This document shows, piece after piece, positions 30,177 to 40,430 of a stretch of DNA of 64,000 nucleotides. The stretch spans positions 169,834 to 233,833 of the forward strand of contig MFDD01000002.1 in NCBI GenBank assembly GCA_001776775.1, given 5' to 3'. The position numbers were made by a program, and so were the translations under genes. The DNA is from Candidatus Daviesbacteria bacterium RIFCSPHIGHO2_02_FULL_43_12 (GTDB lineage: Bacteria > Patescibacteriota > Microgenomatia > Daviesbacterales > UBA10151). A model generated the notes under the pieces. That model was not told the DNA's origin. It worked only from the letters and a program-made list of their open reading frames with translations, and did no database searches. Within the stretch, counting starts at the first letter, position 1. Every line of letters begins with the position of its first letter.

Positions 30177-31460
30177 TCAGGGTAAAAACGATTTAATTAA
30201 ATCACTTATTTTTTGGGTCACTGCCTTTATTGGCAAACCCTTGGTAAGAGACGGTAAACTCAGTTCCTTGTCGCCACTTCCTTGTCTAGTTCCATAGAGA
30301 ATCAATCCTGCAACATTTGAAAAAACTGGTGAATCTATTTCATCCGTTAAACCGATGAATCCATCGGCATGTCCAATACGAGCAGGAAAACCAAGGATAT
30401 ATTTCGCCTGCTCTAGCGCCCCTATAGTCATCGATCCACCTCCACAAAGCACTAAACCAGACGGAATCTGGGCTCCGAATCCGCTTTTCTTAATCTCTTT
30501 ACCCACAAATTTAAATATCTCCTGCAGACGGGGCCGGATAATGCTGTCTGTTACGGTTTTGCGGGATATTTTTTGGACGTCTTCGTTAATACCCAAAGCT
30601 TTAACATCGAGGATATCTTCATCTTTTCGCTTAGGCTCTTTTTCTCCTTCAGGAAGGGTAACCGCCTTTAAGGGTCTGCTCAACCATTGCTTAATCTTTT
30701 CAGCAGACTCCAAGGATATCCGCATCCCTACAGCTATGTCCGAGGTAACATGCCTCGCTCCTAGTGGAATAACGCTAGAATAAGCGATAGCACCATCTAC
30801 AAAAATCACAATATCCGTAGTCTCCCCCCCGATATCCACCACCACCACACCTAGTTCCTTTTCAGTTTCAGTCAGTACCGCCATGGCCGATGACATTCCT
30901 GAAAAAACAAGTTCTTGCACATCTATCTGTACAGAATTAACACATTTAATCAGGTTTCTCATCGATGTAGTAGCACCCGTTACTATATGGGTATCAGTTT
31001 CCAAGCGGACTCCAGTCATCCCGATTGGATCACGGATGCCTTCTTGACCATCTACTGTAAAAGTTCGCGGAATCACATGCAATATTTCACGAGACGAAGG
31101 CAAAGCGATAGCCTTAGCGGCATCATTTACCCTCAAGATGTCCCCTTCCCGAATCTCCCCCTCAGGCTGAGCCACGGCAACCACGGCATGAGAATTAACG
31201 CTTTCTATCTGCGGACCCCCCATAGAAACAAAAGCCCCGGAGATTGAACATCCCGCCATTCTTTCCGCACCCTCAATGCTCTCATTGATAGCGGTGACCG
31301 CCTCTTCGATATCAACAACTTGACCTTTTTTTACACCCCGAGAATTAGACGCAGCAACACCAATGAGATTTATTCGATCATCTTCTCCAATAGTCGCAAT
31401 TACTGTAGCAATTTTTGAGGAACCAACATCTATACCACAAACAATTTTATCTTTAGCCAT
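30177..31460 (-). CDS. ftsA: Cell division protein FtsA
   Basis: 427 aa actin-like ATPase; GIDVGS start, position upstream of ftsZ. Confidence 0.9.
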   Translation of the reverse strand: MAKDKIVCGIDVGSSKIATVIATIGEDDRINLIGVAASNSRGVKKGQVVDIEEAVTAINESIEGAERMAGCSISGAFVSMGGPQIESVNSHAVVAVAQPEGEIREGDILRVNDAAKAIALPSSREILHVIPRTFTVDGQEGIRDPIGMTGVRLETDTHIVTGATTSMRNLIKCVNSVQIDVQELVFSGMSSAMAVLTETEKELGVVVVDIGGETTDIVIFVDGAIAYSSVIPLGARHVTSDIAVGMRISLESAEKIKQWLSRPLKAVTLPEGEKEPKRKDEDILDVKALGINEDVQKISRKTVTDSIIRPRLQEIFKFVGKEIKKSGFGAQIPSGLVLCGGGSMTIGALEQAKYILGFPARIGHADGFIGLTDEIDSPVFSNVAGLILYGTRQGSGDKELSLPSLTKGLPIKAVTQKISDLIKSFLP

Positions 31461-31474
31461 ACTAATTTTTTACT

Positions 31475-32371
31475 TCATTTCTTTTTTTCAAAAGTTACTA
31501 TCGGTTTATCAAAACGCAAATCAACGCTCTCAATTGATCGTAAATCTATTCTATTCCTTTGTAAGATTAGTTGTAAAGAGGCTAGTTCTTTTTGATTATC
31601 TCTGTCTAGTAAAAAAATAAAGATAGTTTTTTTAGTCAATTGGTTAGGAAGCGCTATTTCTAAAATTAAATACATTTCTTTAATTAACTTAATTTTAGTA
31701 ACTTTTGTCTCTAGTTCGTGTAGTCTTTCTAATATTATTTTGATATTTTTGATAATTCGCGCATCTATTTTTTGCCCAATATCAATTCCATCAATAAAAG
31801 CTGTGACTACCGGCAAATCAGAGACTGTTGCATCCTTAGAAAAAATTATTCCATTATCGTCAACAACAAAAGTTCCACTGGTTGTAGCATTCTCAAAAGT
31901 TAAATTAAGGGTTGGTATCAAATTAGCTGCAGCAGTGGCATCAACCTGTTTTCCCGAACTAGTACTTTCCCAGATCTTGAGTAGTCTGGCGGCTTTTTCA
32001 AAATCATCCGGGTCGGATAGAGCTTGGATTATAAGCGCTGGTCTTCTGGGTAATAAGGATAAGCTTAAAGTCTGTGGAAAAGTTCTAAAAATTTTAACAC
32101 TCTCGATACAGAGATATTTACTTACTAAAGTATTGCTAATTTTCTGTTTGTCCAAAAAAATCATTCCTTTTCCTAAAATAGGTAAAGTATCGAACACCTC
32201 TTGCTCATTAACGCATGCTTGTGTTTGGTTATCAATTTTTAATGTCTTTACGACAAGCAATTTGAAGGTCGCTAGAAAAGTCACACAAACTATAATCAGA
32301 CCAAAAATAGCACCTAACACAAAACGATTACGTTTTGAATGAAAGGTAGGCTTTGCTGATCTTCTATACAT
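31475..32371 (-). CDS. ftsQ: FtsQ/DivIB-like cell division protein
   Basis: 298 aa, N-terminal TM then POTRA-like region; position between murG and ftsA. Confidence 0.6.
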   Translation of the reverse strand: MYRRSAKPTFHSKRNRFVLGAIFGLIIVCVTFLATFKLLVVKTLKIDNQTQACVNEQEVFDTLPILGKGMIFLDKQKISNTLVSKYLCIESVKIFRTFPQTLSLSLLPRRPALIIQALSDPDDFEKAARLLKIWESTSSGKQVDATAAANLIPTLNLTFENATTSGTFVVDDNGIIFSKDATVSDLPVVTAFIDGIDIGQKIDARIIKNIKIILERLHELETKVTKIKLIKEMYLILEIALPNQLTKKTIFIFLLDRDNQKELASLQLILQRNRIDLRSIESVDLRFDKPIVTFEKKK

Positions 32372-32373
32372 AA

Positions 32374-33489
32374 TTAGCTTACCAATATATAAATTTCTTG
32401 GATTAATCTTTTCTCGGCATTTTCTAACACAACTGATTTAGCACTGCTCGCTTTTTCGGCCAACATAGGTAAATTATTTTTCATCTCTATAATCTTTTCA
32501 TTTAAAGATTTTCCTGAGAGATCTTTTTCCTCAAGCACTTCTCCTGCTCCCTTGCTTTCAAAAAAGCGAGCATTTACTTTCTGCTCATCTTTATTTGCAG
32601 AAGGCAGTGGAATAATTAATGTCGGTAGCCCCACCCAAGCTATCTCTAGCAAAGTATTAATGCCCGCTCTCGAAATTCCCAGACTAGCGTGTTTGAGTAT
32701 ATATCCCATGTCCATTGCTTCAAAAAAACGACTGACTAAATAACGGTCATTGTCTTTAGCTAAATTTTCGGCGATGGAAAAATCATGGTACTTAGAATCT
32801 CCTGTTTGATGAATCACAAAAAAGTCCTTAGTCAAACTTGCAAGCTTTTCAAAGATAGAGCTGTTGATTGCATGTGATCCCTGATTCCCACCCGTTACAA
32901 AAAGAACTGGAGTATTATGTCTTTTTGCTTGCTCGAAAAAATTAGCTATCCTGATACTTGGCTTAGTAGTCGAAGTTAGAATCTCTGCTCTTAAGGGATT
33001 ACCTGTTACTAAGATTTTATTTCTGGGAAAATCGTAGGGGTTATCAAAGGAGACTGCAATTTTGGTAGCAAACCAGCTAGAGACGGTATTGGCGATACCG
33101 CTTACTAATGTCTGTTCATGAACAATAATCGGAATCGATAAAAGCCAAGCGGCAATTACCACTGGCACTCCAATATACCCACCAAAGGAGACTACTAGGT
33201 CGGGCTTTTCTCGGAGTAAAATTAAAAAGGCTTCCAAAAACCCCCAAGGGATTTTAAGAATTGACAGAATAGAAAATCTAGTAAAATGTCTTTGCCATCT
33301 GCCAGTATTTAGATTAATAAATTTAATGCCGAGTTTAGGAATTACCCCTGATTCCACAGAAGGAGTGGGGTCACCTTCCATCGTCCTATTTCTACCAATA
33401 TATACAACCTCAAAGTTATCTCTACTTAGAAGCTCCTTAATCACCGCTTGGGCTGGTGTAAAATGAGAGCCGGTAATAATAATTTTCAT
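32374..33489 (-). CDS. murG: UDP-GlcNAc:lipid I GlcNAc transferase MurG
   Basis: GT28 pattern MKIIITGSHFTPAQ…; ORF-track start 33516 gives 9 extra aa, ATG at 33489 matches the canonical N-terminus. Confidence 0.85.
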   Translation of the reverse strand: MKIIITGSHFTPAQAVIKELLSRDNFEVVYIGRNRTMEGDPTPSVESGVIPKLGIKFINLNTGRWQRHFTRFSILSILKIPWGFLEAFLILLREKPDLVVSFGGYIGVPVVIAAWLLSIPIIVHEQTLVSGIANTVSSWFATKIAVSFDNPYDFPRNKILVTGNPLRAEILTSTTKPSIRIANFFEQAKRHNTPVLFVTGGNQGSHAINSSIFEKLASLTKDFFVIHQTGDSKYHDFSIAENLAKDNDRYLVSRFFEAMDMGYILKHASLGISRAGINTLLEIAWVGLPTLIIPLPSANKDEQKVNARFFESKGAGEVLEEKDLSGKSLNEKIIEMKNNLPMLAEKASSAKSVVLENAEKRLIQEIYILVS

Positions 33490-33547
33490 ACCAAGGTTAA
33501 TTGTACTTCGAAGCATTTAACCAGAGCAAGGCTTGGGCTGTTTTAGT

Positions 33548-34660
33548 TTAGGTCTTAAGCTTATCCGTTTTTTTAGATATATTAAGCAGTATCCCAATGG
33601 CACTCAGGTTAACAAGCAGAGCTGATCCACCATACGAGATAAAAGGCAGTGGTACACCGGTTAACGGGATCAGGGAAACCATCGCTGCCAAGTTAATCAC
33701 GGTCTGTAGTCCAAGCCAAGAAGTAATCCCAAAAGCGAGCAGTTTACTAAAGCGGTCAGGAGCATTTTCTGTTATCTTATATCCTCTGTAAATTAAGTAT
33801 CCAAACAAGGCAATTAGTGTCAGCGCTCCCATAAAACCTAGCTCTTCACCAATTACGGCAAAGATAGAATCTGTCGTGACCTCAGGAATATACTCAAATT
33901 TTTGTCTTGACTGTCCAAGACCCAGGCCAAACCACCCCCCAGAACCTAAGGCAATCAAAACTTGAGAAATATGATACGAAAAACCCTGAGGATCAGCAAA
34001 TGGATCCAAAAATGCCAGGATTCTTTGTTTTCGATAAGCAGAAGTAAACACAAAACTTATAAATCCCACTATCGTAAGCGGCACCAAAGCCAAAAAGTGA
34101 GACATGGGCCCTCCAGCTGCAAAGTACATACTTAGAGCAATCAGAAAATAAACAATTGCCGAACCCAAGTCCTTTTGGAATATTCCAAGAATAAAGGTTA
34201 CCGCGAGGGTAATAATAAAAAACGGTTTGGCATCTACCTTTTTCTCGAAAAAATATGCCAAAAAAACAACTGTGGTCATTTTGATAATCTCTGTTGGTTG
34301 AATTGTAAAACCAAATAGACGAAGCCATCGATGAGCCCCCCCACCGGTACTGCCAAGTCCTGGGATAAACACGGCAATAATTAAGATACAAGATATTATA
34401 AATAATAATCCGGATAATTTTTTTATTCGGGTAATATCAAAAACAGAAAAAAATATTAAGCATATAAATCCCAGAATTATCCATAATAACTGCTGCTTGA
34501 TATAAAAATATTTATCTCCATAATCTTTAAACGCTTGCACCACAGATGAGTCGTAAACCATAATCAGACCAAATAGCGAAAGTAGAGCAACAGTTGCTAG
34601 AAGCAATACATCTACTCTGGGATGTGTTTTTTGCTTACGAGGTGGATTTATTCGAAACAT
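33548..34660 (-). CDS. ftsW: SEDS protein FtsW (lipid II flippase/PG polymerase)
   Basis: ORF-track start 34753 would overlap mraY by 91 nt; ATG at 34660 (MFRINPP…) lies 2 nt after the mraY stop. Confidence 0.8.
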   Translation of the reverse strand: MFRINPPRKQKTHPRVDVLLLATVALLSLFGLIMVYDSSVVQAFKDYGDKYFYIKQQLLWIILGFICLIFFSVFDITRIKKLSGLLFIISCILIIAVFIPGLGSTGGGAHRWLRLFGFTIQPTEIIKMTTVVFLAYFFEKKVDAKPFFIITLAVTFILGIFQKDLGSAIVYFLIALSMYFAAGGPMSHFLALVPLTIVGFISFVFTSAYRKQRILAFLDPFADPQGFSYHISQVLIALGSGGWFGLGLGQSRQKFEYIPEVTTDSIFAVIGEELGFMGALTLIALFGYLIYRGYKITENAPDRFSKLLAFGITSWLGLQTVINLAAMVSLIPLTGVPLPFISYGGSALLVNLSAIGILLNISKKTDKLKT

Positions 34661-34662
34661 AA

Positions 34663-35673
34663 TTAATGAGACATGAAGGCAAGCCAGAGCCCAAGAATTG
34701 CAAAGATTATACCAGCCAACCAAAACCGTGTGACAATTTTTGGCTCCTCCCAACCTACATATTTAAAATACATATGGATTGGGGCCACCGGAATTAACTT
34801 CTTTTTTACTACTCTCTTGAAAAAGATCTGCAAGAGAGAAGAGACAACAATTACCACATATACTCCGCCAATCACCGCCAAGCCAATAATCTTACCGGTC
34901 AAAAGGCCAACCATGGCGAGAGCCGCCCCAAAACCGTATGCTCCAGCATCTCCCAAATAGATCCGGGCTGGAAAGACATTAAAATATAGATAAGCAATTA
35001 GTGCTCCAATCCATATTCCAACAAATATACCCAGTGTGACATCAAAGACAGAGTGAGCCAAAACTAAAAAAGCAAACAGACAAATCATCAAAAGACCGCT
35101 GGATAGACCGTCTAATCCGTCCGATATATTGTACGCATTGGAAAAAGACACGATCGCAAAAACTGCCAGTGGAATATACCACCAACCTAATATAATATTC
35201 CCAAAGATGGGAATAAAAATATTATCGAATCCAAGCAGAAAATATAACAGCAGCGAGGAGATCAGCGCAAAAATAATTTGATAAAGAAAAATATAACGGG
35301 ATCTTAAACCCTTATATTTTCCACTAAAATTTAGGAATATTTTTTTAACATCATCAATAAAACCAATCGCTCCAAAGGAAAGAAGAGTAAATAGCAATAT
35401 AAACAGTTCAGTTTTTATTAAATTCAATAAAAAAGCTGCCAGGGTACTTAGCACGGTAATTATCCCGATCAGTAAAATACCCCCTCCAACAGGAACGGCG
35501 ATGTCCTTTCCTGAAAGCAGCAGATTATGTATTGGGGTATCTGCTGACACGCTTTCTCGGACAGATCCCTTTAGTTGTTTATTTTTTAAAATAAAAAGAT
35601 AATCGATAAAAGGTATCAATAAAAAACTTGTGGTGAAAAAAGATATTAAAACCAGTCCAAGTAGTTGTACCAT
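34663..35673 (-). CDS. mraY: Phospho-N-acetylmuramoyl-pentapeptide transferase MraY
   Basis: 336 aa, 10 TM, polyprenyl-phosphate GlcNAc-1-P transferase pattern. Confidence 0.9.
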   Translation of the reverse strand: MVQLLGLVLISFFTTSFLLIPFIDYLFILKNKQLKGSVRESVSADTPIHNLLLSGKDIAVPVGGGILLIGIITVLSTLAAFLLNLIKTELFILLFTLLSFGAIGFIDDVKKIFLNFSGKYKGLRSRYIFLYQIIFALISSLLLYFLLGFDNIFIPIFGNIILGWWYIPLAVFAIVSFSNAYNISDGLDGLSSGLLMICLFAFLVLAHSVFDVTLGIFVGIWIGALIAYLYFNVFPARIYLGDAGAYGFGAALAMVGLLTGKIIGLAVIGGVYVVIVVSSLLQIFFKRVVKKKLIPVAPIHMYFKYVGWEEPKIVTRFWLAGIIFAILGLWLAFMSH

Positions 35674-36876
35674 TTATTTTTTTAAACCTACCAGCCTACT
35701 GACAACCTCATCTAAACGATTTGCTCGTGCTCCCTTTACCAAGACTACATCACCTTTTGTTAAAACCTGGAGCAATTTATTAACTATCTCGGGATTTTTT
35801 AAGTTATATTCTAGCCTATCCTGATTCCATCCCAAGTTTAAGAGCTCCTCTGCGATATATTTGGTATCCCCAATCCCCAAAAAAACCAGATCAGGCTGCT
35901 CTTTCATAATTTTACGAGCGATTAAACGATGCAACTTTTCACTAAATTCTCCTAATTCCCTCATCTCTCCTATCACCGCAATCCTGCGGTGGGCCGATAC
36001 TCGACTCAAGGTATCCAAAGCTTCGTCAAGAGCTATAGGAGCAGCATTATAGGTATCATCGAGCACGATTGAGTTATTATACCCTTCTAGGGGTTGGAGC
36101 CGATGCTCGGGGGGGGCAATAGATTCAAGAGCCTTTTTAATCTTCATCAACGGAATTGAGGCTTCAAGTCCCAATGTAGCTGCTGCCAGTAGCGGATAAA
36201 CCTGGTGCAACCCTAAAAAATGTGATTTTATCTCGACACTTTCTACTCCGTAATTTAGGCCAAAACTTAGCTGGAAATTGGTGATTTTTATATCGCTCGC
36301 CCAGACATGACACTCTTTTGAGTTTGTTCCGAAATAGAGCACCTTAGCTTTTGTTGTCTCGGCCATCTTTTTCACCAATGGGTCATCAAAGTTTAAGATC
36401 GCCACACCAGCTGCTGGTAGTGACGCCACCAATTTCCCTTTTTCCGAAGCTATCTCTTCCACATCTCCCAAGAATTCACTATGAGCGTTAGCAATCCGGG
36501 TTACAATAGCCGTTTGAGGCTGAATTAAATGCAAATAGAAGTCCATTTCACCCTTATATTCGATGCCCATTTCTAAAACTATTTTTTCGATACCTGGCCT
36601 TACGCGGAGGATAGTCATTGGTAAATTAAAGATAGTATCCAGATTGGGCATCTCCGCATGAGTCTGCGCTGTACTGATGGTTTTATATTTTTGCATCAAA
36701 ACTGCCTGAGACGCAATGACAGTGGTTGTTTTACCAACAGACCCGGTTACTCCAATAAACTTAGATGAAGGAAGTAGTTTGCCATACTGGCGAGCTAAAA
36801 AGATTCGCAACAGGTGGCCTCTTTTCTTAAACGGATTTATCCCCCTCCAGATGGGATGGCTATTTATATCGATCAT
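35674..36876 (-). CDS. murF: Mur ligase family protein, probably MurF (UDP-MurNAc-tripeptide:D-Ala-D-Ala ligase)
   Basis: GVTGSVGKTTT P-loop; dcw position after mraY; ORF-track start is TTG, ATG at 36876. Confidence 0.7.
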   Translation of the reverse strand: MIDINSHPIWRGINPFKKRGHLLRIFLARQYGKLLPSSKFIGVTGSVGKTTTVIASQAVLMQKYKTISTAQTHAEMPNLDTIFNLPMTILRVRPGIEKIVLEMGIEYKGEMDFYLHLIQPQTAIVTRIANAHSEFLGDVEEIASEKGKLVASLPAAGVAILNFDDPLVKKMAETTKAKVLYFGTNSKECHVWASDIKITNFQLSFGLNYGVESVEIKSHFLGLHQVYPLLAAATLGLEASIPLMKIKKALESIAPPEHRLQPLEGYNNSIVLDDTYNAAPIALDEALDTLSRVSAHRRIAVIGEMRELGEFSEKLHRLIARKIMKEQPDLVFLGIGDTKYIAEELLNLGWNQDRLEYNLKNPEIVNKLLQVLTKGDVVLVKGARANRLDEVVSRLVGLKK

Positions 36877-36908
36877 CAATGGTAATTATATAGCTTTGAT
36901 TACTGAAA

Positions 36909-37505
36909 TTATACCGCTGATTTGAAGTTCATTACTACAGATAGAACAATATGCTTATTGCGTAGCTCTGCAGGCGATATCTCTTGGTGTCCTTTATCCC
37001 ATATTTTTATCTTCTCACATTTTTCTAACATCCGAGGATCAACTAATAAACTACCTCCGATTGTGCCATTTAAAGAACTTTGCCAAACGGGTACAGCCAA
37101 ACCTTGTTTGTTTAAATATTCATTTAAAATCGACACGCTAACCCCTGAATCAATCTCAACCTTGGCTTCATCTACTCCCACAACCTGCTTGCCGACAGGT
37201 AAGTTACCTTTGTCTATCTTTCCTTTGATACCCACAATTCTTAGACCAGCTGCTCTATTTCTAATAACTAATTTTCGTATTTTTTCTTTATCAAAAATAA
37301 TTTTTGTACCATTTCCGAAGACAAGAAATGCGATTTTTAATTTAGAACATAGTTCTAAAATTTTTTCTAGTTCCCGCCTATTGGTAGCAATATAAAAAAA
37401 CTGAGCGACTATCTTATCTTTTCGAAAAAGATAGTACTCTAATGGTTCGTTATATTTAACCCGATGTGCGCCTAGTTCTTTTATCAATAAATCAATATTA
37501 TCCAT
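36909..37505 (-). CDS. MurB-like FAD-binding (PCMH) domain protein lacking the MurB C-terminal substrate domain
   Basis: 198 aa; FLVFGNGTKII / VEIDSGVSV / GTIGGSL blocks align with MurB N-terminal FAD domain; no room downstream for the missing C-terminal ~100 aa. Confidence 0.55.
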   Translation of the reverse strand: MDNIDLLIKELGAHRVKYNEPLEYYLFRKDKIVAQFFYIATNRRELEKILELCSKLKIAFLVFGNGTKIIFDKEKIRKLVIRNRAAGLRIVGIKGKIDKGNLPVGKQVVGVDEAKVEIDSGVSVSILNEYLNKQGLAVPVWQSSLNGTIGGSLLVDPRMLEKCEKIKIWDKGHQEISPAELRNKHIVLSVVMNFKSAV

Positions 37506-37509
37506 CTAA

Positions 37510-39252
37510 TTACTCCGTTGGAGCCAGACCATAATAGTTAAAAACTTCCTTAGCAATATTAAAAAATGTTGGAGCTGCAGTTTCTGCACCATAAATAGAA
37601 CTCGATGGCTGGTCGTATCTTACCAGCATAATAAATTTTGGATTATCTGCCGGGGCAAAACCGATAAATGAAGCAATTGTCTTAGATGCATCGTAGTGAC
37701 CAGCAACTGGGATTTGGGCAGTTCCAGTTTTACCGGCAACCTTGAATCCTTTTGGTTTAAAAAATTTAGCTTCTCCTTCTTCAACAGCTTTTACCATCAT
37801 TTCAGTTACCAGTTTAGCTGTCTGCTCTGAAATGGGCCGTGAAACCTCCCGAGGATTAATGACCGTGACTTTTTCTCCGTCTGCAATAGTATGCACGACA
37901 TGCGGTTCCATCATCACTCCATTATTGGCAATAGCCGCAACCGCCCTGACCAACTGCAAGGCTGTCGAAGAAATCCCCTGACCAAAGGAAGCAGTGGCTA
38001 GATCTATTTCCTTCCAACTAGGCAGAGGGCGAAGCTGGGGAGTTTGTTCGTCCTGCAGATCAATTCCTGTTAGTTCTCCAAAGCCGAATTTTTGAATATA
38101 TGCAAAAAGTTTATCTGCTCCTAGTTTTTTTGCTACAAAAACCATGCCTGTATTATCTGAGTGGATAATCGCATCGGTCATACTCAAATTAGCTGAATAT
38201 TTATTGTTCCAAGTGCGGATTATGTAACCTCCGATGCTTAGTGGCCCCCCACATCTGTCGCAGGAGGTCTCGGGCTGTACCAAATCTTCATTAATCCCTG
38301 CCGCCATAACCAAAACTTTAAAGGTTGATCCGGGTTCATACGAATCTACTGTAATAGGATTTCTGAAAAACTCTTTGGAAAAATCTGCTGGGGCAGCCGG
38401 ATCATAATTAGGAAAAGAAGCCAGTGCTAAAACATTCCCCGTCTTTGGGTCCATCACAATAGCCGAGGCACTCTTAGCACCGTACTTTTCTTTTCCTAGA
38501 CGCAAATTTTCTTCGACAATATGCTGAATAGTCCGGTCAACATTTAGCAAAAGCGTCTTACCTGGTTTAGCATCTTTTATTTTATATGTCCCAATCAGAA
38601 TAGGTAGTCCCTGGGCATCCTTGTCCTGAGTCAGTAGTCCATTTTTCCCTTTTAACTCTCCATTATAAAATCCTTCTAACCCAAAATATCCTGCCTCCGA
38701 ACCATACGCATCGCTGCTGATAAACCCCAGTAAATGAGCAGACGTTGAACCTTCAGGATAAAATCTAGTCAAATAAGTATCAAAGCCAATACCAAAAAAG
38801 TTCTCTTTTTCTATTCTTTGTTTCGTGTCCATAGATACTTTAATCCCCAAGCTGACCCAAAAAAGATCTTTCTGTAACCTACTATTTATATCTTCTTCTA
38901 TTCTGGCTTGCTGTTGGGTTACCTGAATCTCTTTTTTTGCAGGATCAACATCTAGCTCGTCATGTCTCCTATCCTCCCAAAAAAGCAATGCCAATTTCCT
39001 AGCTACCTCACCTTTATTTTTAATTAGTTTAGGTTGAGCAAAAACTAGAAAGGTTGGTTCTGTAGAGGCCAGCAAGGATCCATCACTAAAATAGATCTGC
39101 CCTCTGGGTGCCAAGAGGGTCTGAGAGGATACTCGCTGCTGCTCTGCCCGAGCGGTTAATGTATCAGAACTTAAGATCTGCCAGTACCACAACCGAAAAA
39201 CAATCATGATCAGGCCTAGATAAAGTAAAGATGGTACTATCCTAAAGCGCAT
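37510..39252 (-). CDS. ftsI: Penicillin-binding protein (FtsI/PBP2-class transpeptidase)
   Basis: 580 aa; N-terminal TM, STFK, SDN, KTGT motifs. Confidence 0.9.
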   Translation of the reverse strand: MRFRIVPSLLYLGLIMIVFRLWYWQILSSDTLTARAEQQRVSSQTLLAPRGQIYFSDGSLLASTEPTFLVFAQPKLIKNKGEVARKLALLFWEDRRHDELDVDPAKKEIQVTQQQARIEEDINSRLQKDLFWVSLGIKVSMDTKQRIEKENFFGIGFDTYLTRFYPEGSTSAHLLGFISSDAYGSEAGYFGLEGFYNGELKGKNGLLTQDKDAQGLPILIGTYKIKDAKPGKTLLLNVDRTIQHIVEENLRLGKEKYGAKSASAIVMDPKTGNVLALASFPNYDPAAPADFSKEFFRNPITVDSYEPGSTFKVLVMAAGINEDLVQPETSCDRCGGPLSIGGYIIRTWNNKYSANLSMTDAIIHSDNTGMVFVAKKLGADKLFAYIQKFGFGELTGIDLQDEQTPQLRPLPSWKEIDLATASFGQGISSTALQLVRAVAAIANNGVMMEPHVVHTIADGEKVTVINPREVSRPISEQTAKLVTEMMVKAVEEGEAKFFKPKGFKVAGKTGTAQIPVAGHYDASKTIASFIGFAPADNPKFIMLVRYDQPSSSIYGAETAAPTFFNIAKEVFNYYGLAPTE

Positions 39253-39256
39253 GAAA

Positions 39257-39577
39257 CTATTTAGCAGATGCTACATCACTTGGCTTGAAGTAGTCAACAA
39301 GATGAACTGCCCGAAATCCTAACAGTAAGGAGCGATTTTGAATCTCACGCAGGGATGATAATGAAGCAATCCTATTTTGCAAAATTTGATTCTCAAGCTG
39401 CAAATCATTGGATGTTTTCTCGAAGCGAGTTATCTGTTCTCCAAAGGTAGACAAACGGTTTAGAGCCCATATTTCGACCACCACCAGCAGCAAAAAAGCC
39501 ATTATCCCTAAGGTAAGCATTTTTTTACGCAACTGTCTATTAACGATCAGATTTTTTAAATTTTTCATTTTTCTCAA
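39257..39577 (-). CDS. ftsL: FtsL-like septum protein (basic N-terminus, TM, coiled coil)
   Basis: 106 aa; position between rsmH and ftsI; ORF-track start overlaps rsmH by 38 nt, true start may be ATG at ~39520. Confidence 0.5.
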   Translation of the reverse strand: MRKMKNLKNLIVNRQLRKKMLTLGIMAFLLLVVVEIWALNRLSTFGEQITRFEKTSNDLQLENQILQNRIASLSSLREIQNRSLLLGFRAVHLVDYFKPSDVASAK

Positions 39578-40430
39578 AGATTCTCATTTTCGCACTCCTG
39601 GAACGTGGGTTTTTCATTATCTCTGCAACCTCCGGGGTTATTGGTTTTTCGGTAATAACCACTCCCTTGCCCTCTTTCTCAAACTCTTTAAAACTCTCTT
39701 TAGCTATCCTATCCTCCAAAGAATGAAAAGAGACTACAACTATTCTTCCTCCATCTTCTAGCAGCTCTACAGCCTTGGGCAAACTAGTCCTCAAGCTATT
39801 TAATTCATCATTTACCGCAATACGCAGCGCCTGAAATATCAGGGTAGCCGGATGAATTTTATCCTTCCCTCTGCCCACAGCTCTTTCCACAATACCCGCT
39901 AGTTCCGTCGTGGTCTCGATAGCTTTGAGCTTTCGACTTTCAATAATAGCCTTCAGCGCTTTCTTATTGACAAACTCACCGTAGGTCGCAAATAACTTTT
40001 CCAGCTCTCCTTTATTTAATCCATTGATCAGATCAGCTGCCCGAACCGAAAGATTCATATCCATTCTCATATCCAGCGGGGCATCCCGAGAAAAAGAAAA
40101 GCCTCTCTCGCCATCTTCTAACTGATTACTGGATACCCCCAAATCATAAACAAATCCCGCAACAGGTTGATCTATTAAATTATCCAGCTCGGCAAAATTT
40201 CCTTGCTTAATCACTACTTTACTTGAGAGACCTAAAGCTCCTAGCCTCTCTTTCGCTCTTTTAATTGATTCAGTGTCCTGATCTAACCCAAAGATTTGCC
40301 CCCCACGTCTTACTATCTCAACTGTATATCCTCCATCTCCCAAGGTGCAATCGACATAATACTTATTTTTTTCAATCTGCAATGCGTCAATTGCTTCGCT
40401 TAGCAAGACACTGGTATGAACTTTATCCAT
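39540..40430 (-). CDS. rsmH: 16S rRNA (cytosine1402-N4)-methyltransferase RsmH/MraW
   Basis: 296 aa; YVDCTLGDGGYT…SFHSLEDR signature. Confidence 0.9.
   Translation of the reverse strand: MDKVHTSVLLSEAIDALQIEKNKYYVDCTLGDGGYTVEIVRRGGQIFGLDQDTESIKRAKERLGALGLSSKVVIKQGNFAELDNLIDQPVAGFVYDLGVSSNQLEDGERGFSFSRDAPLDMRMDMNLSVRAADLINGLNKGELEKLFATYGEFVNKKALKAIIESRKLKAIETTTELAGIVERAVGRGKDKIHPATLIFQALRIAVNDELNSLRTSLPKAVELLEDGGRIVVVSFHSLEDRIAKESFKEFEKEGKGVVITEKPITPEVAEIMKNPRSRSAKMRIFEKNEKFKKSDR

Noticed and set aside
33993-34391. 132-aa minus-strand ORF inside ftsW in another frame
   Set aside because: Fully embedded in a well-supported membrane-protein gene, with no domain.
34661-34753. N-terminal 31 codons of the ORF-track ftsW ORF
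   Set aside because: They would overlap mraY by 91 nt with a Cys/Trp-rich unlikely leader. The internal ATG at 34660 directly after the mraY stop is the better start.
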